From positions 5,541-69,540 of the forward strand of contig CAWBME010000006.1 in assembly GCA_963789825.1 (NCBI GenBank): a stretch of DNA of 64,000 bases. Direction: 5' to 3'. Below, one piece after another: positions 38,206 through 49,788 of this stretch (position 1 is the first letter of the stretch; every line of letters starts with the position of its first letter). A model generated the notes under the pieces. That model was given only the letters and a program-made list of their open reading frames with translations, was not told the DNA's origin and ran no database searches. The position numbers and the translations under genes were made by a program. Source of the DNA: an uncultured Chloroflexia bacterium. Lineage in GTDB: Bacteria > Chloroflexota > Anaerolineae > Anaerolineales > E44-bin32.

Positions 38206-38333
38206 GCGGGGTTACTCGCAAAGCGCTGCGGCCGGGCCGGTGGACTCACGGCCCGGCCGCAGCGGATCAGCACCAATCGGCTCGTTGGAACTCGGGCAGG
38301 GGGCTGCCCCTGCCCGAGCTCCGGTTGGCAGAC

Positions 38334-39432
38334 TCAGTCGAGCGACTCGATCGTCACACCGGCGTTGGCAACCATCTTGCGGACGAAGTCGTAGTCCGCA
38401 TCGCTGGCGCCTTCGATGCCGGACCAGCCGTAGAAGTCCTCATTGCCGATCGACTCGCCCCAAGCCTCGGTCTCGGCGAAGGCTGCCAGGGCCGCCTCGA
38501 TCTGGGCTCTGAGCTCGGCCGGGAACTCCGGACTGAAGGACATGGTGTCGTTGGGGATGTCGGGCGAGAGCGACAGGATGCGAACCTTGTCTATGACGTC
38601 CGGGAACTCCTCGCGGATGTTCGCCCGCGCATCCAGCACCCGATAACCCTCGCACAGCAGCTTGCTCTTGTCGTCGTTCAAGGCGCAGGTCTTGACGTCG
38701 ACCGGGACTTCGGGATCCATCCCGCGATCCCACTTCGCGGCGCCCTCGGGCGCCGCCCACGGGCTGTAGAAGGCCGTGCCGAAGTCGGCCTCGCCGTTGT
38801 AGACGGCGCGCACAGCTTGCGGGTGACCGCCGGCTTCGAGCGTCTCGCCGGGGGTGATGCCGGCTTCGTCAAGCATCACCTTGGGGACCAGGTAGCCGGA
38901 GGTCGACCCGGCGTCGGGATAGGCCCACTTCTTACCTTCCAGGTCGGCCAGTTCTTGGATATCGCTGTCGCGCGGTACGACGAACATCGTCCAGTACACG
39001 CCCCAGCCGCGCCGCACGGCCCGCTGGGACACGTCGACGCCGCACAGATCGTTGGCGAGGACGTAGCCGAAGGCCGGGATGAAGCCGATGGTATCGGTCG
39101 GAGAAGCGCACATCTCCTCAATCGTGGCGGCGTAGGATGTCGGGACGACGCACTTCGAAGGTCAGGCCGGTGGCCTCGTTCAACGCCTGGGCCATCACTT
39201 CGCCGCCGGTGATGATGACGTTGGCGTCGACCGATGGGACGAACAGCACCTTGATGGGGTGTTCGGGTGAACCGACTGCGGGCATTGGCTCTTCGGTGGG
39301 CGGGGGCGGCGGAGCATCCGTAGGTGGAGCTGGGACTTCCGTCGGCGCCTCGGTCGGCGTGGCGCAGGCGCCGAGCGCCAGAGCCAGAACGACCAGCAGG
39401 CTCAAGGCAGGGAACAACGATTTCTTGCTCAT
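38334..39432 (-). CDS. phnD: Phosphonate ABC transporter substrate-binding lipoprotein PhnD, one apparent +1 frameshift
   Basis: Lipoprotein signal LALALGAC. ORF 39118-39432 and ORF 38334-39113 join near 39145-39155: ..GLTFEV / VVPTSYAATIEEMCASPTDTIGFIPAFGY... Confidence 0.85.
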
Positions 39433-39583
39433 GGGTTCTGTTCCTCCTCACAATGTGTTGAACGAATCACGCTGGAGAGCCGGAGCGACTTGTCCAGTCG
39501 ATCGCCTCGATGCCACCTCCACCTCAGCCACAGGGATTTGGGGATAATAACGCGAAATGGGACCGGCTGCAAACGAGCCGGAC

Positions 39584-39613
39584 TTGCCGCGCCCGGATGC
39601 CGGGCGTTACAAT
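39584..39613 (+). promoter_or_regulatory. Candidate promoter of folC (TTGCCG-18 nt-TACAAT) giving a near-leaderless mRNA
   Basis: TACAAT at 39608-39613 lies only 9 nt from the ATG at 39623. Confidence 0.4.
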
Positions 39614-39622
39614 GCTCACTCT

Positions 39623-41020
39623 ATGTCCCGCACCTATCAGCAGGCCCTGACTTATCTGTACAGCTTCGTCGATTACAGCGCCGAGCGGAGCTATCGCTAC
39701 GGCCCCGACGTGTTCGACCTGTCACGCGTGGCGTTGCTCTTGGAACGGCTGGGGGATCCGCATCGGGCCTATCCCAGCTTCCACGTCGCCGGCACGAAGG
39801 GCAAGGGCTCGGTGTCCTCGTTCATCGCCGCCGTACTGCGCCAGGCCGGCCTGCGAACGGCGTTCTATAGCTCGCCGCATCTGGTCGACTTCCGCGAGCG
39901 GGTGCAGATTGATGGCGCCCTGATCCCGGAGGCCGACCTGGCGCGGCTGGTTGACGAGCTCGAGCCGGTCGTGGCGCAGGTGCCCGATCTCACGATGTAC
40001 GAGATCGTCACCGTGCTGGCTTTCCTGCACTTCGCCCAGCAGGCAGTCGAGTGCGCCGTGATCGAGGTCGGGCTGGGCGGTCGGCTGGATGCGACGAATG
40101 TCCTGCGCCCGCTGGTGTCTGTGATCACCTCGCTCTCCTATGACCACACCCATCTGCTGGGTGACCGTTTGTCGGACATTGCCGGCGAGAAGGCGGGGAT
40201 CATCAAGCCGGGGGTGCCCGTCGTGCTTGCCCCCCAGCAGCACGAGGCGGAGAATGTGGTCACTCGGGTGGCTGAGGAACGGGGCTCGCCCGTGATCCGC
40301 GTGGGGAAGGACTGGCTGTACGCCCCGGGGGTGCATCGGCTGACCGGCCAATCGCTGTACATCTGGTCGGCCGCCGAGCAGGAGCAGATGGATGCCTTCG
40401 TCCTCTCCGCCGGGGACGTGGAGTGGGTTCCCCCGCGCTTCGAGATCCCGCTGCTGGGCTACCATCAAGTGACCAACTGCGCCGTCGCCTACGCCGCGCT
40501 GCAAATCGCGCGCGGCCAGGGACTGCAGGTCTCCGAGGATGCCATTCGCCGCGGCTTCGCGCGTACTTCCTGGCCGGGAAGGTTCCAGGTGCTGTCGCAG
40601 GATCCGCTGGTCATCCTGGATGCCGCCCACAACCGGGATTCGGCGCTCAAGCTCCGTATCGCTCTCGATGACTACTTCCCCGGACAGCCGGTCACCATGG
40701 TCTTCGGCGCCTCGGCCGACAAGGACCTCTCCGGGATGTTCGAAGAGCTCTTGCCGCGCGTGGCGCGGCTGATTGCCACCCAGGCGGACCACGCCCGGGC
40801 GGCGGAGGTGGCGGACCTGGCTGCGCTGGCCCATGAGCACGGGACACGCGTGGAAACGGTGGTCCCGGTAGCGCAGGCGCTCGACCGAGCCTTGAAGATC
40901 CTGCGCCCGGATGAGGTGTTGCTGGTCACCGGCAGCCTGTTCGTGGTGGGGGAGGCGCTGCGCTACTGGGAGTCGCTCGGGCTGCCCACGGCGACCACGC
41001 ATGCCGAGGTGCCGGCATGA
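39623..41020 (+). CDS. folC: Bifunctional folylpolyglutamate synthase / dihydrofolate synthase
   Basis: Mur-ligase family motifs HVAGTKGKGS, EVGLGGRLDATN and AGEKAGIIKPG. The maximal ORF starts at 39557. Confidence 0.9.
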   Translation: MSRTYQQALTYLYSFVDYSAERSYRYGPDVFDLSRVALLLERLGDPHRAYPSFHVAGTKGKGSVSSFIAAVLRQAGLRTAFYSSPHLVDFRERVQIDGALIPEADLARLVDELEPVVAQVPDLTMYEIVTVLAFLHFAQQAVECAVIEVGLGGRLDATNVLRPLVSVITSLSYDHTHLLGDRLSDIAGEKAGIIKPGVPVVLAPQQHEAENVVTRVAEERGSPVIRVGKDWLYAPGVHRLTGQSLYIWSAAEQEQMDAFVLSAGDVEWVPPRFEIPLLGYHQVTNCAVAYAALQIARGQGLQVSEDAIRRGFARTSWPGRFQVLSQDPLVILDAAHNRDSALKLRIALDDYFPGQPVTMVFGASADKDLSGMFEELLPRVARLIATQADHARAAEVADLAALAHEHGTRVETVVPVAQALDRALKILRPDEVLLVTGSLFVVGEALRYWESLGLPTATTHAEVPA

Positions 41021-43503
41021 ACCGAGGCAGCGCGCGCTGGCAGCAGATCCCCGACCTCGGCGAGGGCATGGGGCGGCGCATGGAAGAACTGTACGACATC
41101 GAGGATGCGCCCCTCGATTCGTCCGGCCTCATCGAGTGTGCCGTGCTGCCGCTGCGCGACGCCGTCTTGTATCCCAACATGGTCACCCCGCTGTTTGTCA
41201 GCCACGACCCGACGCTGCAGGCGGTCGAGTCCAGCTCGCGCGCCGGCCGGACGATGATTGCTGTTGCCCAACGCGATCCTGAGATCGACAGCCCCGGCGA
41301 ATCCGACCTGTTCCGCATTGGGACGGAGGTGGCGGTCGGGCGGATGATGCACCTTCCCGACGGTTCGACCTCGGTGCTGACCCAAGGCCGACGCAGGGTC
41401 GAGATCGTGGAGTTCATCGACCGTGGCCCGTTCCTGCTGGCCCGCGCCCGCCCGGCGGAGGCGCCGGCAGAACGCACCAAGGAGACGGTCGCTCTGATGC
41501 GGGCGGTGCTGACCCTGTTCGAAAAGTGCGTCCAGCTCAACCGCACCCTGCCCGAAGAGGCCTATCTGTATGCCTCCAACGTCGACGACCCTGGCTGGCT
41601 GGCGGACCTGGTGGCCTCGGCCCTCGAACTCGGCATCGCCGAGCGTCAGGAAGTGCTGGAGACCTTCGACCCGGTGACCCGCCTGCAGCGCATCAGTGTG
41701 CTGCTCGGAGGCGAGCTGGACGTGCTGGAGCTGGAGGACCGGATCCACAACCAGGTCCAGAGCGAGGTCGATCGCTCGCAGCGTGAGATGTACCTGCGCG
41801 AGCAGATGAAGGCGATTCAGACCGAGCTCGGCGAGGGAGACGTCTGGGCGCAGGAGATCGCCGACCTGCGCGAACTGGTGAATCACCTGTCTCTGCCGGA
41901 GGAAGTGCAGGCACGCGCGCTGAAGGAGATCCAGCGCCTGACTCAGATGCCGGCAATGTCCCCCGAGGTGGGCATCATCCGCACGTACATCGATTGGCTG
42001 ACCGAGCTACCTTGGTCGGAGGTCACGGTCGACAACCTGGATGTGCGCCACGCCAAGCAGATCCTGGACCGCGACCACTACGGTCTGCGTGACGCCAAGG
42101 ACCGCATCCTGGAGTACATCGCCGTGCGCAGTCTGGCGGGCGACAAACAGCGGCAGCCGATCCTGTGTTTCATCGGGCCTCCAGGGACCGGCAAGACCTC
42201 GATCGGCAGGTCGATCGCCGAGTCGTTGGGGCGCAAGTTCATCCGCATCTCGCTGGGGGGAATCCGCGACGAGGCCGAAATCCGCGGCCACCGCCGCACC
42301 TATATCGGCGCCCTGCCGGGGCGGATCCTGCAGGCTATGCGCCGGGCGGGCAGCCTCAATCCGCTGTTCATGCTGGATGAGATCGACAAGCTGGGCCACG
42401 ACTATCGCGGGGATCCATCCTCCGCCTTGCTCGAGGTGCTCGACCGAGAACAGAACTTCGCCTTCTCGGATCACTATCTCGAGCTGCCCTTCGACCTGTC
42501 GCGCGTGCTCTTCGTCACGACGGCCAACAACGCCGCCACCATTCCCGCGGCGCTCCTCGATCGAATGGAGATCATCGAGTTCCCCGGGTATATCGAGGAA
42601 GAGAAGCTGGCGATCGCCCGTCAGTTCCTGGTCCCGCGCCAGATGGAACAGAACGGGCTGGAGAGCCGCCGGCTCAGCATCTCTAACGACGCGCTGCGCA
42701 TGATGATACGCGAGTACACCTGGGAAGCGGGGGTGCGCAACCTCGAGCGCGAGATCGGCAAGACCTGCCGCCGGCTGGCGCGCCGTACGGCGGAGGGCAA
42801 GAAGATCCCGCGCCGGGTGACCCGCTCGGTCATCCCCAGACTGCTTGGCCCGCCCGAGATCAGTCCCCATGAGAAGGAGAGCGAGAACCAGGTCGGCACG
42901 TCGACCGGCCTGGCCTGGACCGAGAATGGCGGTGAAGCCATGTCGGTGGAGGTGCTCCTCGTCGACGGCAAAGGCAGCCTGCAAGTCACCGGGCAGGTGG
43001 GTGAGGTGATGCAGGAGTCGGCGCAGGCTGCCCTGAGCTACATCAAGTCCCGGGCGCGCCAACTGCATCTCCGGCCTGAGCTGTTCGAGAAGCGGGACAT
43101 CCACATTCATATTCCCGAGGGCGCTATTCCCAAGGATGGGCCAAGCGCCGGAATCACCATCGCCACCTCGCTTGCCTCGGCGTTGACCGGCCGCGCCGTG
43201 GACCGCGAGGTCGGCATGACGGGCGAGATTACCCTGCGCGGCAGGGTGCTGCCGGTGGGCGGCGTGCGCGAGAAGGTGATGGCCGCCTACCGCCTGGGGC
43301 TGACCCGGGTCATCCTCCCCCGACCCAACAAGAAGGATCTTGGGGAGGTACCCAAGAGCGCCCGCCAGGCCGTTGACCTGCAGCTGGTGGACCACATGGA
43401 CGAAGTCCTGGCGCTGGCATTGGCGCCGGAAGTGCCCACGCCTGCCCGCCGCCGGCCGGCCCGACCGGCCAAGCCACGCCCACGGACGGCTCCGTCCGCC
43501 TGA
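41017..43503 (+). CDS. lon: ATP-dependent Lon protease
   Basis: LON N-domain, AAA+ Walker [10 protein letters not shown], and a protease domain with catalytic DGPSAG. ATGA overlap with folC. The start could instead be an internal ATG about 50-60 nt downstream. Confidence 0.95.
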   Translation: MNRGSARWQQIPDLGEGMGRRMEELYDIEDAPLDSSGLIECAVLPLRDAVLYPNMVTPLFVSHDPTLQAVESSSRAGRTMIAVAQRDPEIDSPGESDLFRIGTEVAVGRMMHLPDGSTSVLTQGRRRVEIVEFIDRGPFLLARARPAEAPAERTKETVALMRAVLTLFEKCVQLNRTLPEEAYLYASNVDDPGWLADLVASALELGIAERQEVLETFDPVTRLQRISVLLGGELDVLELEDRIHNQVQSEVDRSQREMYLREQMKAIQTELGEGDVWAQEIADLRELVNHLSLPEEVQARALKEIQRLTQMPAMSPEVGIIRTYIDWLTELPWSEVTVDNLDVRHAKQILDRDHYGLRDAKDRILEYIAVRSLAGDKQRQPILCFIGPPGTGKTSIGRSIAESLGRKFIRISLGGIRDEAEIRGHRRTYIGALPGRILQAMRRAGSLNPLFMLDEIDKLGHDYRGDPSSALLEVLDREQNFAFSDHYLELPFDLSRVLFVTTANNAATIPAALLDRMEIIEFPGYIEEEKLAIARQFLVPRQMEQNGLESRRLSISNDALRMMIREYTWEAGVRNLEREIGKTCRRLARRTAEGKKIPRRVTRSVIPRLLGPPEISPHEKESENQVGTSTGLAWTENGGEAMSVEVLLVDGKGSLQVTGQVGEVMQESAQAALSYIKSRARQLHLRPELFEKRDIHIHIPEGAIPKDGPSAGITIATSLASALTGRAVDREVGMTGEITLRGRVLPVGGVREKVMAAYRLGLTRVILPRPNKKDLGEVPKSARQAVDLQLVDHMDEVLALALAPEVPTPARRRPARPAKPRPRTAPSA

Positions 43504-43540
43504 GGCCGAGCTGTCCCCGGCTCATGGGGAAGTGAAAAGC

Positions 43541-44443
43541 ATGCGCCTCCTCTGCAGGCTGCCTCCAAGTGCGTACCCCTTGGCGGTGGGCGTTCTGGCG
43601 CTCGCCGCCGCCTGCACGCGTGCCCCCGCACGCGATCCACTGCTACTCAACGGGCAGCCGGGCGCCGGTCCGGACGACTCCGAGTCCTTTCCGCAGCCTC
43701 CCCCGCTCTCGCCGCTGGTCGAGTACGCCGTGATCATGGTCCCGGCGGGCGAGACCCTCACCGTGCGCGAGCAGGCCGGCTCCTCGGGCAGCGAAGTTGC
43801 CCAATTCGAGCCGGATCAGCGGCCGGTGCAAGTCACCGGCGTGACCAGCCAACTGGGGAGCTCCGTCTGGGTCGAGGTTGACCTTCCCGACGGCGGCAGA
43901 GGCTGGATGCGCGCCTGGAACCTCACCGAAGCCCGTACACCGGAGCAGGCCTGTTCCGATCCGCGCCTGGCTTCGACCCTCGACCAGTTCCTGCAGGCGA
44001 CGCAGGCGGGCGATCCTCTCGCCTTGCGCCGCTCGGTCAGTCCATGGCGAGGTCTAGCCGTCCGCCTGGATGCACGGGGTGGAGAGGTCCACTTCGCGCC
44101 GGAGTCGCTGGGGGATCTATTCTCTGAGAACTCACAGATTGACTGGCTGGCCCGGCCGGAGGCTGGCGCGGGAGACACCGGAAGTTTCCCCCGGGATGTT
44201 GTGGACCCGCTCGCCGCCGCGGTGAAGGCGCTGCCACCCGTCTGCGGTGAGCTGCCGGCCGGCGAGACTGCCTTCGCCCCCGAGTGGCCGAGCGAGTATG
44301 CCAATTTGAACTTCGTCGCCTTCCATGCTCCCGCCGACCCGACTGGCTCGGAGTTCGTCTGGAACACCTGGGCTGTCGGCTTCGACTTCGCCGGGGGAGT
44401 GCCCTACGTGGCCGTGATCATCCGCTATCAGGGCGAGATCTAG
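43541..44443 (+). CDS. Hypothetical lipoprotein with SH3b-like domain
   Basis: The ATG at 43541 is followed by the lipobox LALAAAC. A segment resembling bacterial SH3 domains is TLTVREQAGSSGSEVAQFEPDQRPVQVTG..WVEVDLPDGGRGWMRAWNL. Confidence 0.6.
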   Translation: MRLLCRLPPSAYPLAVGVLALAAACTRAPARDPLLLNGQPGAGPDDSESFPQPPPLSPLVEYAVIMVPAGETLTVREQAGSSGSEVAQFEPDQRPVQVTGVTSQLGSSVWVEVDLPDGGRGWMRAWNLTEARTPEQACSDPRLASTLDQFLQATQAGDPLALRRSVSPWRGLAVRLDARGGEVHFAPESLGDLFSENSQIDWLARPEAGAGDTGSFPRDVVDPLAAAVKALPPVCGELPAGETAFAPEWPSEYANLNFVAFHAPADPTGSEFVWNTWAVGFDFAGGVPYVAVIIRYQGEI

Positions 44444-44556
44444 TCTGCCGCTCGGCGGTGCCAAGGCTTAGCCCATGAGCTGCCGCCTAGACGGATCGTC
44501 GATCCGCCGCACGGCGAGCGCGAGGCGCGGTTGCACGCCAGGGTTGTCGAAGCGCA

Positions 44557-47500
44557 CTAGCTGACCGGCGGGGGAGCGAGATCGGCCTCAGCCAGCAGCT
44601 GAAGCACCTCTTCCAGCCGCTGCCAGACCGTGTCACCCGAGATCGCCAGCCATAGGCCGCGTTTGCTGCGCCTCAGATCGGGCGCCCGCAAGCTGGCTGG
44701 AAGATCTCCCTCGGGGGCATCGCGCAGCCGGAGCAACACCTGATTCTTCGCCAAGGTGACAGAGGTGACCCCGGCGCGCTCGGCAAGGTTCTTCAGCCGG
44801 ATCTGGTAAAGCAAGTTGCGGACCTCTTCCGGCGGCTCTCCGAACCGGTCACGCATCTCGAGCTGAAGCGCCTCGATGTCGGCTGGCGAACGCAGCATGG
44901 CAATTCGGCGATAGAGGCGCAGCCGAAGGTCACGGTCGGGGATGTACTCCACCGGCAGGCGCATGCTCAGCGGCAGCTCCACGGTGGCCTCGAGCGGCAT
45001 GCCGGGGAGGGGCAGCCGGTCCGAGAGGGGCGGAAGGGCGGGGAAGCCCGTCGCGCAGCCGCTCGATCGCCGAGGCCAGCAGCCGTGTGTACAGGTGGAA
45101 GCCGATGGCGCTGATGTGCCCGTGCTGGCGCGTGCCAAGGATGTCGCCAGCGCCGCGCATCTCCATGTCGCGCATGGCGAGCGAATAGCCGGCGCCCAGC
45201 TGGGTGTGCTCGGCGATGGTCTCCAGCCGTTGCGCTGCATCCTCGGTGGCGCGCCGGTGGGTGTCGCGGAAGAAGTAGGCGAAAGCCCGCACCGTCCCGC
45301 GCCCGACTCGCCCTCGAAGCTGATACAGCTGGGCCAGGCCGAACGTGTCGGCGCGGTCGACGATCAGTGTATTGGCGTTGGGGAAGTCCAGGCCGGATTC
45401 GATGATCGAGGTGCACAACAGGACGTCGACCTCGCCCTGGGCGAAGCGTTCCATCACCTGGGACAGTTGGCGCTCCGGCATCTGCCCATGGGCGATCTCG
45501 ACCGAGGCCTCCGGCAGGAGCTGGGCGAGGTGCCGACAGGCGATCTCGATCGTCTGCACCCGATTGTGCACGTAGAAGACCTGGCCGCCGCGGTCGAGTT
45601 CGCGCAGGATCGCCTGGCGCACCAGCCGCGGGTCGTAGCTCCCGACATGGGTCACCACGGGAAGCCGGTCGTCGGGCGGCGTGTTGATGGTGGAGATGTC
45701 GCGGGCGCCGGTCAGTGCCATGTACAGCGTGCGTGGGATCGGCGTGGCGGTGAGGGTGAGCACATCCACTTCCGTGCGCAGTTTCTTGAGGAACTCCTTG
45801 TGGGTGACGCCGAAGCGCTGCTCCTCGTCGATGATCAGCAGTCCGAGATCGTGCAGCCGGACGTCCTGTTGCAGCAGGCGGTGGGTGCCGATGATGATGT
45901 CGATCTCGCCCGCCCCCAGCCGCTTGACGATCTCCACCGCTTCTTGGCGGGTGCGGAAGCGAGAGAGCATCTCCAGCGACACCGGGAAAGCGGCCAGCCT
46001 CTGCTGGAACGTGTTGAAGTGCTGCTGAGCCAGCACGGTGGTCGGCACGAGGACGGCGACTTGCTTGCCGTCGAGCACGGCCTTGAAGGCCGCCCGCAGG
46101 GCCACTTCGGTCTTGCCATAGCCGACATCGCCGCAGATCAGGCGGTCCATCGGCCGGCCGCTCTCCATGTCGCGCTTGACGGCTTCCAGCGCCTGGAGTT
46201 GATCGTCGGTCTCGACGTAGGGGAAGGAGGCCTCCAATTCGCGCTGCCAGGTGGTGTCGGGCGAGAAGGCATATCCACCCACGGTCAGACGTCGCGCGTA
46301 CAGGTCGAGCAGGTCCCTTGCCACCTCCTCGACCGCCGCCCGGGCGCGCTCCTTGGAGACCTCCCACTCCTGCGACCCCAGGCGCGAAAGCGCCGGCGCC
46401 TCCTGGGTCTCCCCGCTGCCGACGTAGCGCGTGACGCGGTCGGATTGGTGGATCGGGACGAACAGCTGGTCACCCTCGGCGTACTCGAGCTGCATGAACT
46501 CGCGGCGGATCTCGTCGACCGTCCGTTCGACCAATCCGGTGAAGCGGCCGATGCCGAAGTCGATGTGCACCACCAGATCGCCGGTGCGCAGGTCGGCGAA
46601 CATCGCTTCGGGAAGAGCGGCCGCCTCGCGCAAGCGCAGGCGCGGGCGTGGCCGGCCCCAGCCAAACAGCTCGGCGTCGGTCAGCAGGTAGAGGCGAGGG
46701 CGAGCCGGGGGTTCAAGGCTCCAACCGTCGGTCAGGGCGCCGGTGATGAACTGCGGTGTTCCCTGCTCGACCTCGGGTTCGAGCACCGACAAAGCAGAGG
46801 CGGGCTCGCCGCGCTCGCTCCACAACTCAGCCACGCGCGGCGCCTGGCGGCTGACAACGACCACCCGCTCCTGCAGGGCACGGCGCGCGGCGACGAAATC
46901 GATGATCTCTCGCACCTGGCCGCCGAAGCGCGGGGGCGTTCCGAACCGCTCTCCGAGTTCCGAGGGGAAGCGTCCCCGGACTGCATGAAGCCGAAGTCAA
47001 GCTGGCGTCCCGCAGGGAGCAGGTCGGTGATCTCGGACAATCCGAGGTAGGGAACCGGCGCCTCCAGCGGCAGCTGGCCGTTTGCCACCTGATCCTTGCG
47101 CAGGCCGAGCGCCTGCTCCTCCAACTCGGCGATCATGTCTTCCACCGCCGCCCGATCGTCGAACAGCACCAGTGCGCCTTCGGGGACGTAGTCCATCAAT
47201 CCGCTGGGGCTGTCGTGCATCCAGGGGAGAAAGAACTCGAGGCGGGCCTCGCGCCGCTCGAGCGGGTCGTCCTGCTGATCGTGCGGCAGCAGCGAGTCCC
47301 ATTCGGCGCGGTAGAAGCGAGGCAGGCCTTCGCGCGCCGGGGTTAGCCGGAGCCATTCGGTCGATTGCCGTGAACGCTGTGTGGCAGGATCGAAGGTGCG
47401 CAGCGACTCCAGCGTGTTGGCTTCGAACTCGAGCCTGACAGGGGAAGGTTCGTGCGGAGGCCAGATGTCGATCAGGCCGCCACGCTGGCTGTAGCGACCG

Positions 47501-48056
47501 GGCTCAGTCACCAGGGTCTCCCGCTGGTAGCCTGAAGTTCGTGCAGTTGCGCGAGCAGGCGATCAAAGCGCTGTGTGCTGCCGGCGTGAAGCCAGCGTGA
47601 TTGCCCGATGAAGGCGCGCGGAGGCAGCGTGCGCGTCATCAAGGCGCGAGCCGTGGCGATCAGGACGCAGGCCTGCGGCGCCTCCAGGCGCCGGGCCGCC
47701 CGGCTGAGTCCCGCGCGTGTCAGGTAGGCCAGCACCGCCGCTCGCTGGCGGATGGTCCTCGGGCCCCAGGGCGAGCAATCGTAGAACAGCGGGTTGGGCT
47801 CGGGGAAGGGGAGCAACGGGAGGGACCGGTTCCATGCGCTCAGTTCCTCCTGGACGACCAGTTCCCGATCGGTGCGTGTGACCAGGTAGACAACCGGCCT
47901 GCCAAGGCTGTGAGCAAGCGTGGCGGCAAGCGCCGGGCGGGCGGAGCGTGGCACGCGCAAGGCCGAGGGCGCGGCGTTGCCGTCGATCACGGCCTCGACC
48001 AGCGCCGCAACCTCTGGGAGCGCCCGAAGCGTCTCGAGCAGGGCGGAGAGGTCCAT
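44557..48056 (-). CDS. mfd: Transcription-repair coupling factor Mfd, split by three apparent single-nt frameshifts
   Basis: Four colinear ORF pieces (47508-48056, 46732-47511, 44930-46915, 44557-45240) together cover a full Mfd. They include the UvrB-homology N-terminus, RNAP-interacting region, DEAD/helicase motifs (GDVGYGKTEVA, LIIDEEQRFG, QLRGRVGR) and the TRG/C-terminal domain. The shifts lie near 47528-47535, 46963-46978 and 45036-45046. Confidence 0.9.
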
Positions 48057-48058
48057 CC

Positions 48059-48658
48059 CTATTCCGGGTCGCGGTTGAACTCGGTCATGGCGGCCTGGAT
48101 CCCCGCCTGCAGATAGCGCCGGATGCAGGCTTCAGCTCGCTCGAGGGTCTCCGCCAGCAGCGGCTGTGCGCCGGAGGCGAAGTCCTCCAGGACGAAGCTG
48201 GCCGGCGCCTGCCGCCCCGGGGGGCGCCCGATGCCGACGCGCAGGCGCGGGATCTCCAGCGTGCCACTTCGCTCGAGCACGGATTGCAGACCGTGATGTC
48301 CGCCGGAGGAGCCCGACGGTCGGAGGCGGAGCCGGCCGAGCGGGAGATCCATGTCGTCGAGCACGATCAGCGTCGATTCACTAGGAATGGCGAAGTAACG
48401 CGCCAGGCTGGCGACCGGCCGGCCGGACAGGTTCATGTAGTTCTGCGGCTTGGCCAGGAGCACCTTGCGCCCGGCGAGCTCGCCCTGGCAGACCAGAGCA
48501 TCCTCCTTGCGCTTGGTGAACGCCAGCCCGCTGACGGCCGCCAGCCGGTCAAGCACCAGGAAGCCGATATTGTGGCGGCTTGCCTGATACCGTCGACCCG
48601 GGTTGCCCAGTCCCGCGATCAAGTACAGGGCGGGGAGGGGCGGGGGCTGGTCGGTCAT
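48059..48658 (-). CDS. pth: Peptidyl-tRNA hydrolase
   Basis: LIAGLGNPGRRYQASRHNIGF..VLDDMDLPLGRLRLRPSGSSGGHHGL is the classical Pth signature. Confidence 0.95.
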   Translation of the reverse strand: MTDQPPPLPALYLIAGLGNPGRRYQASRHNIGFLVLDRLAAVSGLAFTKRKEDALVCQGELAGRKVLLAKPQNYMNLSGRPVASLARYFAIPSESTLIVLDDMDLPLGRLRLRPSGSSGGHHGLQSVLERSGTLEIPRLRVGIGRPPGRQAPASFVLEDFASGAQPLLAETLERAEACIRRYLQAGIQAAMTEFNRDPE

Positions 48659-49348
48659 CAGGCCTTGCTCCGGCGCCGGCGGCGGCGCCGCGGTCGGCGG
48701 CGCGGGATGGAGGCTTGCCCCCAGCGCCAGGCGCGGCGCCCGAGGACGATCAGGCCAACCACCAGCAAGCCGGCCGCGCCGGCTGCCATCCCCAGGCGCA
48801 AAGAGGTCAAGACGATCTGCTCGGCCTGGGGGGGGACGGGAGGCGGGGCGCCCAGCTCAGCCGTCGGCGGCGGATTCACCGGGGTCACCGTCGGCGCAGG
48901 GGTCGCCGCCTGGTCGGCCTGGGGGACGCGAGTCGGGGTGTAGTTGCTGACCTGCAGGTCGCCGACACGTGGTCTCCAAGACGCTGCCGTCGTCGAGCAG
49001 CACCAGGAGCCGCAGGACATAGGCCTCGTCGCTCAAGGAGCGAGTATCCCATAAGGCCAGCGGCCCATCGACGACAGGCGTGGTTACGGCTTCTGCGATC
49101 GGGAACCAGGTCCCCGTGCTGTCGTTCGCATAGGTGAAAGAAAGCTCGTAGGAGACAAACGCCGGGTGATTAGCCGACCCGGAGATGGTCACCATCCCCG
49201 ATAGCGATTCGCCCGGGGCTGGCGTGCTGATCTCGGCAAAGCCCGGAGCCTGAGCGGCGAAGCCCCTCGCAGCAGGAAGAACGAGGAGCACGGCCAGCAA
49301 GCTAGCGAAGAGCGAGAAGGCTTGCGGCGCTGAAGGCGGTGTTCTCAT
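48658..49348 (-). CDS. Hypothetical secreted, C-terminally membrane-anchored protein with a poly-Arg tail, one apparent +1 frameshift
   Basis: The ATG at 49348 is followed by a signal peptide (FSLFASLLAVLLVLPAARGFA). An Ig-like region and Pro/Thr-rich linker follow, then TM helix MAAGAAGLLVVGLIVLG and tail RRRPRRRRRRRSKA. ORFs 48857-49486 and 48658-49020 join near 48966-48970. Confidence 0.55.
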
Positions 49349-49588
49349 GCACGACCCCGAGACCAAGCAAACAGTGTAGTCTATCACAGCGGCTCGCGGC
49401 GGAGGGGCGCTCTGAGTTCCAACAGCAAGTGCAACGCTATGAGGACAGTCCCGCGTTCGTACGGCAAGTCGTTGTGTGCACCTCACGGCTGCAGAGGAAC
49501 GGCTCCCGCATGAGAGCGCTGGCAGTGTGCTGCGAGCTTGTCCTGCGGCGGGGAGGAGGCGGGATCACAGAGCGCCGGGATTGCCGCC

Positions 49589-49675
49589 GATGGCCGCTCT
49601 CTGGCGGCTCCTTGGCGTACATCGAGCCCTCATTGTCATCCTGAGCCCCCGCCAGGGGGCGAATGACCTGCTTGC
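49589..49675 (+). repeat. Dispersed repeat copy R1 (about 60-90 nt, contains GTCATCCTGAGC)
   Basis: The 59-nt core at 49589-49647 matches 49789-49847 with 4 mismatches, and weaker similarity continues for ~28 nt. Confidence 0.8.
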
Positions 49676-49717
49676 AGCGAGGCGGCGAGGTTCTCGCAGT
49701 CGGGACTCCAGCAAGCA

Positions 49718-49742
49718 GATCCCTCGCTGCGCTCGGGATGAC
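49718..49742 (-). repeat. Inverted short copy of the same element (GTCATCCCGAGCGCAGCGAGGGATC on the minus strand)
   Basis: GCTCGGGATGAC (49731-49742) is the near-perfect reverse complement of GTCATCCTGAGC (49635-49646). Together they give a potential ~108-nt hairpin. Confidence 0.7.
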
Positions 49743-49788
49743 ACGGGTGGAAGGCACTCGGGATGATCGGGCGCCTGCGAGCGCGGCA

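Noticed and set aside
37431-39212. 593-aa plus-strand ORF
   Set aside because: It is antisense to phnC and phnD and has no recognisable domains. It is a shadow ORF.
44942-47050. 702-aa plus-strand ORF
   Set aside because: It is antisense to mfd, whose helicase motifs are unambiguous on the minus strand. It is a shadow ORF.
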